Shown here piece by piece: positions 44,686-53,417 of a stretch of 64,000 nt of DNA. The DNA comes from Candidatus Saccharimonadota bacterium. GTDB taxonomy: Bacteria; Patescibacteriota; Saccharimonadia; Saccharimonadales; UBA4665. A program made the translations under genes and the position numbers. Numbering within the stretch: the stretch's first letter is position 1; each line of letters starts with the position of its first letter. The DNA is taken from positions 15,788 through 79,787 of the forward strand of contig DAINPB010000004.1 in the NCBI GenBank assembly GCA_036743655.1, in the 5' to 3' direction. A model generated the notes under the pieces. It made no database searches and had not been told where the DNA came from. It saw only the letters and a program-made list of their open reading frames with translations.

Positions 44686-47600
44686 ATGTCTGTTGAAGCC
44701 CCTGTTTATGATACCGAACGTGCTGCGCTACGCGAAAACGTAGCACTATTCATTCAAAGTAACCTACAGCCCGTCGGCCACATCCTTACAGAACCCGACG
44801 AAGAGCAAGAATTTGAATTCCGTGATTACCAACTCGATGCCTGGGAAGCGCTGTGGGAAGCCCGCGAACAGGGAGAAATGAGCGCCCTGGTAACGCTCGC
44901 CACCGGTCTTGGCAAAACATCGGTGGGAGTGTTCGATGTCATAAAGTTTCGTCAGGAGCTCAGGGAGCAAGAAGGCCGCGATCCAAAGGTGCTTTTCGTC
45001 TGTCATCAGGACAAGATTTTGGAGCAGGCTGCCAAGCGTTTCAACAGATTCGCGCCGGATTTATCGCAAGGCTACTATACCGGGGAGACGAAAGATCGGG
45101 ATCAAGACATAACCTTCGGAACATTTCAGTCACTTGAGAAGAATTTGGATCAGTTTGACCCGTTTGAGTTTGACTATATCGTCTACGACGAGGCCCACCA
45201 TAGCCAAGCAGATACATGGCACCGCGTGGTCAAGCACTTCAATCCAACTTTCCAACTGGCGCTCACTGCCACCCCTGAGCGCATGGATGGGCTAGAGATC
45301 AAGGATTTGTTCGGCCGAGAGGTGTACGCCAAGGGGTTGGGCGAAGCTCTGGCTGAAGGATTGCTGGCAGATATTGATTACCACATTGTGTTTGACGAGG
45401 CAGTCAAGCAGGCACTGGAGGCAGGCTTTCATCCGAAGAACCTTAGAGAGCTCAAAGAGCTGCTGGAAGTACCGCGCCGTAACGATGTGATTGCCAAAAA
45501 CATCCGAGAAGAGATGGAAAAAATCGGTGCCGAGAGCGCCAAAACAATTATTTTTTGTAACGATATTGCGCACACCCAAGTGATGGCCAAATTGCTCGGG
45601 GGCAAGGCCTACCACTCTGATATGAAGCGTAGTGAGCGAGATGAAGTATTGGATGATTTCCGCGACGGCGACTTGCAGATTATCTGTGTTAGAGATATGT
45701 TCAACGAAGGCATCGACATTCCGGAAGCAAACCTTCTGGTATTCCTGCGTAGCACCCAGAGTAAAACTGTGTTTGAGCAACAGCTCGGCAGAGGCCTACG
45801 TAGGCACAAGGACAAGACGCATGTCAGCGTACTCGACTTCGTAGGCAACATAAAACGACTGCAAGAGATATTGGATTTGAGCAACGCCATATCGGCGTTA
45901 ACCTCCGAGAATGACCTTGATAAGCTTGTATCGGATGGCGATAGACCGCGCGAGGGCGGGAGCTTCAACGTCAGCACTAATCACACGAACTTTGACTTTG
46001 ATAAAATGGCGATTGATATTCTTAACACCTATCAAAGCCTTATCTTCGAGCCTGCGCCCGAAGGCTATGTGAGCGTCGACGCCTTTGCCCGTGAACTCGG
46101 CGTCACCTACAGCACGTTGAAAGCACTTATCGCGCACCATCAGATAGAAACCGGAAGGCATCGGTTCAAGACGAATGTTGGAACCAGTTTGAGTCCCGAT
46201 GCCCAGGATTACATACGAGAGCTTGGCGGCTTTCTTGATCCGGCACCTGAGGGATATCTCAGCGCGCATATGTTCGGAAAGGAATTTGGCATAACTGCTC
46301 CTTATCTCATGAAAGCGCTCAAAGGGCACAAAATTCCCGTAGAAAGACACCGGTTTGGCTCTATGGCTTCCATAAGTTTTAGTCCGGAAGCCCAGAAAAT
46401 GGTACGAGAACAGGTTACTTTTATCGGGAAAGCGCCAGAAGGCTATGCCAGCGTTCAGGCCTTCGCAGATGCGCTCGGCATCAGTCATGGGTACCTGACA
46501 AGAGCTATTGCCAAGCATGGCGTCCCGACCGGTAGCCATAGATTCGGTGTTGCACCGGCCGTGAGCTTAAGCCCCGAGGCACAGGAACAAATTATTGACC
46601 TGAACATTGTTGGCGTGCCGCTGCCCGAGGGGTACGCCAGTGTCACCGCGTTTTCAAAAGCCGTCAACACAACCTATCAGACTCTTATGAAGCGCATGAA
46701 GGAGCTTGGCATCAAACCAGGCAGATATCATCATGGAACAGGTTTTGCTTCTGGATTAAGCCCCGAAGATCAAGAGAAAATTAGACAGAAGTATTATCCA
46801 AACCTAAAACCTGCCCCTGAAGGCTATGTTAGTGTTAGCGAATTCAGGCGCAGAGTGGGCGGCATAGGCAATACGGCGCTGCTCAAGATTATGTCCGAGA
46901 ATGACATAGAGCCAGAGCTCGTTCGATTCCGAGGAAATAGTCAAGGAAAAGGTCTGAGCCCTGAGGCTCAAGAGCGACTGAGCAAACTCGTAAACGCAGC
47001 CCCGCCATTGCCGGAGGGCTATATCAGCATCACCATGTTTGCAAAACAAATAAAATCATCCGTGCCGACCCTCACGCAGCTCATAGAGGCGAACAGCGTT
47101 GAGACGGGTGAGCATCGGCTCAGGACACACACCGTAATCAGCTTAAGTCCTGAGGCTCAAGAAAAAATACATGAGGTCAGAGCGAAGGGCGTTCCAGTTG
47201 CCCCTGAAGGCTACATGAGCGTACCGGTCTTTGCGAAGACCTTAGGGGTAGCTCCGAAGACAGTTTTCAATTTGGTCAAGAAACATGGTGTCGAAACCGG
47301 CGAGCATGTGTTCGGCATCAACAGAGTAGGTGCCAGCCTAAGCCCAGAAGCACAGGAACAGATACGCACCATACGCGAAGCGGGCATTCTGCCTCCGCCA
47401 GCAGGCTACAAGAGCGTATCGGCCGTTGCAGAAGAGCTGGACACGCATTGGAGTCTTTTGACTAAGCTTATTAAGAAGCACAAGATCGCAACAAGCGAGC
47501 ATCAGTTCAACCGAGTCGGGCTGAGCCTCAGCCCTGAAGCGCAAGAAGCGCTCCGGCCTCTCGTCCAAACCCATAAAGTCCCTAACGCCCCTAAGGGCTA

Positions 47601-47964
47601 CGTAGCTATCAGCGAATTTCTTAGGACACATGAGGTAGGGAGCGGAAGGTTGAACAGCATTATGGAAGAAAACAAAATCGAAGCTCGCGCCTACAAATTT
47701 GATCGCGTTAGAGGCAAGGGACTCAGCCCCGCCGACCAAGCAAGGATACTGCAGGTTTTGGATGAACAAGCGGCGCCAGAAGGCTACGTAAGTGCGGCTG
47801 TCTTGGCACAGGAACTCCACACTACTCGTGAGGTTATTGAAAAGCTCGCGGGAAAACACGGCATCGAAACGAGTAGGCACTTCCACACAACCAGGCTGAC
47901 TACCAGCCTCAGCCCCGGAGCACAACGCCAAATTCGCGAACTTCGCGCTGGTCAAACTCAGTAG
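44686..47964 (+). CDS. SF2 (DEAH, type III restriction Res-like) helicase fused to ten tandem HTH-like repeats
   Basis: Helicase motifs I ATGLGKT, II YDEAHH, III TATPER, V-VI EGIDIPE...QQLGRGLR. The C-terminal 640 aa is built from 63-65-aa repeats. Confidence 0.85.
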   Translation: MSVEAPVYDTERAALRENVALFIQSNLQPVGHILTEPDEEQEFEFRDYQLDAWEALWEAREQGEMSALVTLATGLGKTSVGVFDVIKFRQELREQEGRDPKVLFVCHQDKILEQAAKRFNRFAPDLSQGYYTGETKDRDQDITFGTFQSLEKNLDQFDPFEFDYIVYDEAHHSQADTWHRVVKHFNPTFQLALTATPERMDGLEIKDLFGREVYAKGLGEALAEGLLADIDYHIVFDEAVKQALEAGFHPKNLRELKELLEVPRRNDVIAKNIREEMEKIGAESAKTIIFCNDIAHTQVMAKLLGGKAYHSDMKRSERDEVLDDFRDGDLQIICVRDMFNEGIDIPEANLLVFLRSTQSKTVFEQQLGRGLRRHKDKTHVSVLDFVGNIKRLQEILDLSNAISALTSENDLDKLVSDGDRPREGGSFNVSTNHTNFDFDKMAIDILNTYQSLIFEPAPEGYVSVDAFARELGVTYSTLKALIAHHQIETGRHRFKTNVGTSLSPDAQDYIRELGGFLDPAPEGYLSAHMFGKEFGITAPYLMKALKGHKIPVERHRFGSMASISFSPEAQKMVREQVTFIGKAPEGYASVQAFADALGISHGYLTRAIAKHGVPTGSHRFGVAPAVSLSPEAQEQIIDLNIVGVPLPEGYASVTAFSKAVNTTYQTLMKRMKELGIKPGRYHHGTGFASGLSPEDQEKIRQKYYPNLKPAPEGYVSVSEFRRRVGGIGNTALLKIMSENDIEPELVRFRGNSQGKGLSPEAQERLSKLVNAAPPLPEGYISITMFAKQIKSSVPTLTQLIEANSVETGEHRLRTHTVISLSPEAQEKIHEVRAKGVPVAPEGYMSVPVFAKTLGVAPKTVFNLVKKHGVETGEHVFGINRVGASLSPEAQEQIRTIREAGILPPPAGYKSVSAVAEELDTHWSLLTKLIKKHKIATSEHQFNRVGLSLSPEAQEALRPLVQTHKVPNAPKGYVAISEFLRTHEVGSGRLNSIMEENKIEARAYKFDRVRGKGLSPADQARILQVLDEQAAPEGYVSAAVLAQELHTTREVIEKLAGKHGIETSRHFHTTRLTTSLSPGAQRQIRELRAGQTQ
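46051..47961 (+). repeat. ten in-frame tandem coding repeats (period 186-195 nt) within the helicase gene
   Basis: Each unit follows (A)PEGY-x-S-x3-F-x3-LG-x12-20-(IE)TGEHRF-x6-8-SLSPEAQE-x-I. The PEGY codons start near 46054, 46243, 46432, 46621, 46813, 47008, 47200, 47395, 47587 and 47773. Confidence 0.8.
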
Positions 47965-47986
47965 CCGCCCGTTACATTGAGAAGTT

Positions 47987-49780
47987 CTACTTAGTCTTGT
48001 CGCGGCGTTTAATAGCCGTCGGGGGCGCTTTCATTAACTCATGTTTGGTGATTATCAGCGCTTCCTTGGGTGGTTTTTCGCCCGGCGTGTTTTGGACGCT
48101 TTTGAAGCTTTCGATTGCGGCTCCGAGGGTTGAGTAGTGCGGGGACATTTCAAAATCCCTGGAGAGATGCTCGCTTCGAGCAGTGATTGCCCGGATGGAG
48201 CCCTTCATACGGGCCACCGCAAACACCACCTGCTTGGCTTGCAAATCCTGGAATAGTCGATCGAGCATTTTGCCCGCCGTGGAATCGATGGTGGTAACCG
48301 TTTCGGCATCCCACAAGAACCACTGGACTGGTTCATCGGCAGTCTCTATTAAGCGCAAGACCCGTGTTCGGAAAAAGTTGGCGTTCGCAAAATACAGCGG
48401 CGCATCGAACCGATACATCAGTAAGCCTGGGATGGGCGTCGTTTTGGGTGGACGGTTCATATCACGTATCGATCCATTGGCCGCCACGCCGAGCACTGCG
48501 TCATAGGGCGTGGCGCTTTGCCGTATAAGATTAGCGATTGCCAAGAAAACTGCTAGCAGCAAGCCTTGCGTTATGCCCAATACGGCAACCCCGACAGCTG
48601 TGGCGACCGCCAACCAGGCTTCGGTGCGCCAAGCATGCCAAATAGATCGTAATTCTGCAAAGTCAAACAACCTAGAAATAGCCATAATTATAATAACGGC
48701 CAGTGCACAGACTGGCAGGTCGCGCAGCAAAGGCGCCAGCACTACCAATGTAATAGCTACCGTCAGCGCCGCAAACAATTGCGAAACCTGCGTCTTGGCA
48801 TGGGCAGCGTGGTTAACTGCCGTTTGCGTACCGCTGGCAGCTACGGGAATACCCCCAAATATACCTGATGCCATATTAGCGATGCCCAGCCCGAGAAAAT
48901 CCTGCGTGGCGCGCACTTCCTCATTGACCTTGGCAGCAAATGAGCGCGTCGTCGTGATGGTATTGACGTAGCAGATTATCATTATAGCCACCGCTGGGAC
49001 GACAAGGCTCTGGATATCAACGAGGCTGATACCGGTCAGTCTCGGTATTGGCAAACCGGCCGGGATACTGCCCATGGTTGCTACCCCGTGACTACCGAAG
49101 TGAAAAATGCTCGAAGCAAGTGTCGCCCCGACCAGTACAACCAGCGAAGCTGGCACGCGTGATGACTTAAATTGCAACGTTAGTATTACCGCGACTAGCA
49201 CCAGACTCAGCACGATGGTCGCCCCGTTCGCTGCACCGAGATGACCAAAGAAATACGAGATATTACTAATGAAGTTAATCCTGCCCGAAGCGTGAATCCC
49301 CAGTAGTTTTGGAGCCTGAAAGGCAATTACCGTCAGCGCCAACCCAGCCATATAGCCGAGCAGTATCGGGCGAGACAAGAACTCAGCAATAAACCCAATA
49401 CGCGCAACAACACCGACCAGGCAGGCGCAGCCTATAAGAATCGAGAGTATCGCCACCAGTGCCGCCGCCGTCCCAGCATGACCATGCGCCAGCGGAAAGA
49501 TCGTTGCCCCCGCCAAAGCCGCCACTGCCGAGTCAGTACCCAGGATTACATGACGCGAAGATGAAAACAGCGCAAACACAATCATTGCAACAAGCGCTGC
49601 GTAGAGACCAGCGGTCAGCGGTGCACCAGCCAGCTGGGCGCATGCAATAGCTTGCGGAATAGCTACAGCCGTCACCGTAACGCCGGCAATCAGGTCACGC
49701 GACAACCACGCTCGCTGGTAGGTTTTAAGCGTCTTCAAGAGCGGTAAACTGACGCGCAACCGCTGCATTTGAGGAAACAT
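47987..49780 (-). CDS. SulP family inorganic anion transporter with a C-terminal STAS domain
   Basis: 597 aa with the typical SulP N-terminus (YQRAWLSRDLIAGVTV...IPQAIA) and a STAS-like C-terminal domain. Confidence 0.9.
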   Translation of the reverse strand: MFPQMQRLRVSLPLLKTLKTYQRAWLSRDLIAGVTVTAVAIPQAIACAQLAGAPLTAGLYAALVAMIVFALFSSSRHVILGTDSAVAALAGATIFPLAHGHAGTAAALVAILSILIGCACLVGVVARIGFIAEFLSRPILLGYMAGLALTVIAFQAPKLLGIHASGRINFISNISYFFGHLGAANGATIVLSLVLVAVILTLQFKSSRVPASLVVLVGATLASSIFHFGSHGVATMGSIPAGLPIPRLTGISLVDIQSLVVPAVAIMIICYVNTITTTRSFAAKVNEEVRATQDFLGLGIANMASGIFGGIPVAASGTQTAVNHAAHAKTQVSQLFAALTVAITLVVLAPLLRDLPVCALAVIIIMAISRLFDFAELRSIWHAWRTEAWLAVATAVGVAVLGITQGLLLAVFLAIANLIRQSATPYDAVLGVAANGSIRDMNRPPKTTPIPGLLMYRFDAPLYFANANFFRTRVLRLIETADEPVQWFLWDAETVTTIDSTAGKMLDRLFQDLQAKQVVFAVARMKGSIRAITARSEHLSRDFEMSPHYSTLGAAIESFKSVQNTPGEKPPKEALIITKHELMKAPPTAIKRRDKTK

Positions 49781-49919
49781 ACGTTTCTAGTATAAGCCCA
49801 TTCTCGAAAAAGCTTATCGTTCTCTTAGTTTTAACTATACATCGCCTTGTCACCGCAGTCTTTGCAGCCTTCGCAGCCAAGGACTTTACATACTGTTACT
49901 CTTGTGTCATTATACTAAT

Positions 49920-50198
49920 ATGGCACGTGAATGTATCCGTAACTGCTGGCGTATCCAGCAAATCTTGAAAAACATGGACAGCGATAACATGTGGGCTGGT
50001 CCAATGGCTTTTCATCCTGACCTATTCTCTGGAGATGACAGTGAGGCCAATCGCTTGCTCGCTGTCTGCGAAGCCAGCTATGAGTGCCCCGGCCCATCCA
50101 CTACCGAAGTTGAAGTTGTGAAGGGTTTTATCAGGAAGCACGCGGAGATGGAGCAGCAGCCTACCTGCCAAATCCCCGATAGATACCTGCAAGACTAA
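49920..50198 (+). CDS. hypothetical protein (92 aa)
   Basis: Internal ATG of ORF-track entry 49902..50198. Confidence 0.4.
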   Translation: MARECIRNCWRIQQILKNMDSDNMWAGPMAFHPDLFSGDDSEANRLLAVCEASYECPGPSTTEVEVVKGFIRKHAEMEQQPTCQIPDRYLQD

Positions 50199-50255
50199 AA
50201 TCACTCTTTAGCCCTACAGGATAAACTGGTTGTGGGGAATGATGCCGGATAGCCG

Positions 50256-50744
50256 TTAGACGGTGTTCTCCTGCAGAATTTCTTTGAGTTTGTAGCCGTA
50301 GTCGGATAGGACTTTTTTGGTGCGCGCTATGAGCTCTTCGTCTTGCACGGATTTATGGATGTAATCATCTGCTCCCTGTTGCTTGAGGAGGGCTTCTGAT
50401 TCCTGGGACATGTCGGTGCTCGTCAGAATAATAATTGGAATGTGCTTGGTTGGCTGTTCGGCCTTGAGCCTGGCGGTGACCTCATAGCCGTCCATGATTG
50501 GCAAGGTGAGATCGAGTAGAATAATATCTGGTTGGAGACGACGAGCTGTTTCGCGGCCTTCGTTTCCGTCATGGGCATACAGCACTTCGAAGCCGGCTTT
50601 TTGTAAATATCCTCCGAAGAGCCTGAGCAGCGCTTCATCGTTATCAATCAATAATGCGTGGACTTGCTTGGAGCCGTTCATCAGTATACGTGCGGCGCCG
50701 CCAGTGTTCTGTTGAGAGTTGAGGTTAGGTGCGTCTTCCATCAC
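50256..50744 (-). CDS. stand-alone response-regulator receiver protein
   Basis: DD...ILLDLTLPIMDG...ILTS...K pattern. No output domain. Confidence 0.85.
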   Translation of the reverse strand: MMEDAPNLNSQQNTGGAARILMNGSKQVHALLIDNDEALLRLFGGYLQKAGFEVLYAHDGNEGRETARRLQPDIILLDLTLPIMDGYEVTARLKAEQPTKHIPIIILTSTDMSQESEALLKQQGADDYIHKSVQDEELIARTKKVLSDYGYKLKEILQENTV

Positions 50745-51187
50745 GATGGTGACTTATTTACGACTGTCCAGTACAGGCCGGCATCAGAAATAGCTTGCAT
50801 GAAATTATCAAACTCGATTGGTTTTTGAATAAAGCTGTTCGCGCCCAACCGATAACATTCTTGGATGTCTTGCGCTTCTTGGCTGGAGGTAACTATTACA
50901 ATGGGGATGGTTTTGGCCTTGTTATTGGTTTTTATTTTCTTGAGCACTTCCAGGCCGTCTATTTTCGGGAGCTTCAGGTCTAAGAAGACGACTTTTGGCG
51001 GAGATTTTGTGCCCCGAGAAGCGTATGAGCCTTGGGAAAAAATGAAATCAAGTGCCTCCTGACCGTCACGCACCACATGCAGGGCACTATCCAAATGGTT
51101 CTTACTGAGAGCGCGTAGCGTTAGCTCCACATCATTAACATTATCTTCAACCAGTAAAATTTCGCACAAACTAAGATCGGTCGTCAT
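50741..51187 (-). CDS. stand-alone response-regulator receiver protein
   Basis: LLVEDN...VFLDLKLPKIDG...VTSS...KP. 4-nt overlap with the next gene. Confidence 0.85.
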   Translation of the reverse strand: MTTDLSLCEILLVEDNVNDVELTLRALSKNHLDSALHVVRDGQEALDFIFSQGSYASRGTKSPPKVVFLDLKLPKIDGLEVLKKIKTNNKAKTIPIVIVTSSQEAQDIQECYRLGANSFIQKPIEFDNFMQAISDAGLYWTVVNKSPS

Positions 51188-51226
51188 GGTATCTGTAATC
51201 CTTCCTGCGATAATGAAAAAATCGAT

Positions 51227-52759
51227 TCATGGCGCAACTCCACTTAGACGAGGAAAGGAGAAATAAAAAGTCGCACCCTTGTCGACCTCGCCCTTAGCCC
51301 AAACCCTACCACCATGCTTGGCAACAATGCGCGCCACAATGGCCAGGCCGACGCCGGTACCTTCGAAATCTTCCGGGCTGTGCAGTCTTTGAAATACCCC
51401 AAACAATTTGTCCACGTACTTCATGTCAAAGCCAACTCCATCGTCGTTGACATAGTAGATCTTTTCATCGCTCGTCGTTTTGCCGCTAACAGTGATGGTG
51501 GCTATGAGTTTTTTCTTAGTATATTTAACGGCGTTGGCGAGTAGGTTGACCCACACCTCTCGAATAAGCGAGGCATCAACTTGTGCGTTGGGCAATGCTT
51601 CACAGCAGAAGCGTATGTCCCGCCCGGGATTAGCAAGCTTGAGATCATCAAAAACCGTCTTCGCCAGCTCGGTCATGTTAGTATCTTCTGCTTTGATTGG
51701 CTGGCGACCTAGGCGAGAAAACGCCAGTAAGTCATCGATCAGTTCTCCCATCTGCTCTGTGCTATGACGAATTGTCGCAATCACGTGCTGGCCATCATCG
51801 TCCAACTTATCGGCATAATCTTCACTCAAAATTTTGGAGAAGCCATCAATGGCGCGCAGCGGTGCCCGTAAATCGTGTGAGACTGAGTACGAGAAGGCTT
51901 CCAGCTCTTTGTTAGCGGCTTGCAGGGCAGTGACCAATTGCAGCTTGGCCTCGGCGGCCTCTAATTTTTTGCGCTCCGTGACATCCCGTGCTATAGTCGC
52001 GGCACCGACAATTGTGCCTTTTGCGCTCCTGATCGGCGAGATTGAGAGTGAAACAGTAATGCGTGTACCGTCTTTTCTGACGCGCACTGTCTCAAAATGT
52101 TTAATCGACGTTCCGCGCCGAATTTTCTTGAGAATCTCCGGCACCTCATCAGGGTGATCCGGCGGCACGATCGTGCTTATGGAGTTGCCGATCATTTCGT
52201 GCGGAGCGTAACCGTACATTCTCTCTGCGCTTCTATTCCAGCTGGTCACCACGCCATCCAAAGTTTTCCCGATAATGGCGTCCTCAGAAGATTCGACAAT
52301 TGCGGCTAATGCTGCTTGTTCTTTGTCATACGCCGCTTCCTTCGCCGTCAGCTTCTTGCTATCAGCAATGCTGAGCGAGAGTATCAGTAGGCCTTCCGGT
52401 ATAGGATGCATTGTCACTTCGAACCATTCTTTGCTGGCATCAGGGAAAGTAAACTCATACTCCATATTGTGGGTAGTGCGTTGCTCCATGCAGTCTCGAA
52501 TCCTAGCAAATAGTTCAGTCGACTCAATGCCCGGATAACTTTCCATCATGGTGTGCCCCATGAGTCGTTGTTTGTCGATGCGATCTTGCTTGGAGGCTAC
52601 ATCATTTATGTATAAGTATCGATAATTGGTGTCGATTATCTGGCAACCTTCTAGGATGTTGTCGAGTATATGCTCGTACTGCAATCGTAAAACAGTACTG
52701 CCTTGCTGCGGAAGCGTCGCTGCTGCTTCATCCGGTTCAGTTACGAGTGTGTTCACCAT
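51227..52759 (-). CDS. cytoplasmic PAS-PAS sensor histidine kinase
   Basis: Two PAS-like regions. H-box SHDLRAPL. HATPase N/G boxes (NAVKYT, DDGVGF, GTGVGLAI). Confidence 0.9.
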   Translation of the reverse strand: MVNTLVTEPDEAAATLPQQGSTVLRLQYEHILDNILEGCQIIDTNYRYLYINDVASKQDRIDKQRLMGHTMMESYPGIESTELFARIRDCMEQRTTHNMEYEFTFPDASKEWFEVTMHPIPEGLLILSLSIADSKKLTAKEAAYDKEQAALAAIVESSEDAIIGKTLDGVVTSWNRSAERMYGYAPHEMIGNSISTIVPPDHPDEVPEILKKIRRGTSIKHFETVRVRKDGTRITVSLSISPIRSAKGTIVGAATIARDVTERKKLEAAEAKLQLVTALQAANKELEAFSYSVSHDLRAPLRAIDGFSKILSEDYADKLDDDGQHVIATIRHSTEQMGELIDDLLAFSRLGRQPIKAEDTNMTELAKTVFDDLKLANPGRDIRFCCEALPNAQVDASLIREVWVNLLANAVKYTKKKLIATITVSGKTTSDEKIYYVNDDGVGFDMKYVDKLFGVFQRLHSPEDFEGTGVGLAIVARIVAKHGGRVWAKGEVDKGATFYFSFPRLSGVAP

Positions 52760-52927
52760 AAGCTTTTCTCTTGTTTTGACGCATATGTTAGCCGTACTTA
52801 ATCGCAGATTACCATGCAGAAGTTAAATGCGCATTAAATATACGCGCATTAAAAATCTGCGGCACAACCACACAACTGTGTTGTTAGCACCACTAAATTT
52901 GTTACGTTTGAGCTAGTTCAGTTCTGG

Positions 52928-53344
52928 CTATACGATAGGTCGCTGTGGACTGCTGGCCGGACCAGACGCTGCCAAAACCTGAGTAATAGTCTTCGATAAA
53001 TCACGCAGTGTAATGTTCGCCTTGGTTATGTAGCCACTGACGCCGAGGTTCTTGGCAGAGTCGACATCCTGCTTACTTTCCAGATTACTGATGACAATTA
53101 CTGGGGTCTTCTTATTGAGTTTGAGCCGCAATTCTTGCAGGACATCAAAGCCGTTTTTGATCGGCAAAATAATGTCGAGCAAAATTAAATCAGGATCTTT
53201 GCTCCTGATAACTTCTAAAGCTTCCTGGCCGTCGTTGGCAGTAAATATTTGGTATCCTAGGTCGCTAATTCGGCGTACCAATACTTTTTGAATTGACAAT
53301 TCGTCTTCGGCGACGAGAACTTTTTTGGTTGCAATAGTTGACAT
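52928..53344 (-). CDS. stand-alone response-regulator receiver protein
   Basis: VAEDE...ILLDIILPIKNG...ISNL...TKA. Confidence 0.85.
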   Translation of the reverse strand: MSTIATKKVLVAEDELSIQKVLVRRISDLGYQIFTANDGQEALEVIRSKDPDLILLDIILPIKNGFDVLQELRLKLNKKTPVIVISNLESKQDVDSAKNLGVSGYITKANITLRDLSKTITQVLAASGPASSPQRPIV

Positions 53345-53417
53345 AATTATAGTTTCGGCGTTAGCTTAATGAATAGTGCTTAGCATAAGCAGTATACAAC
53401 AAAAGGCAAGTGTGAAA

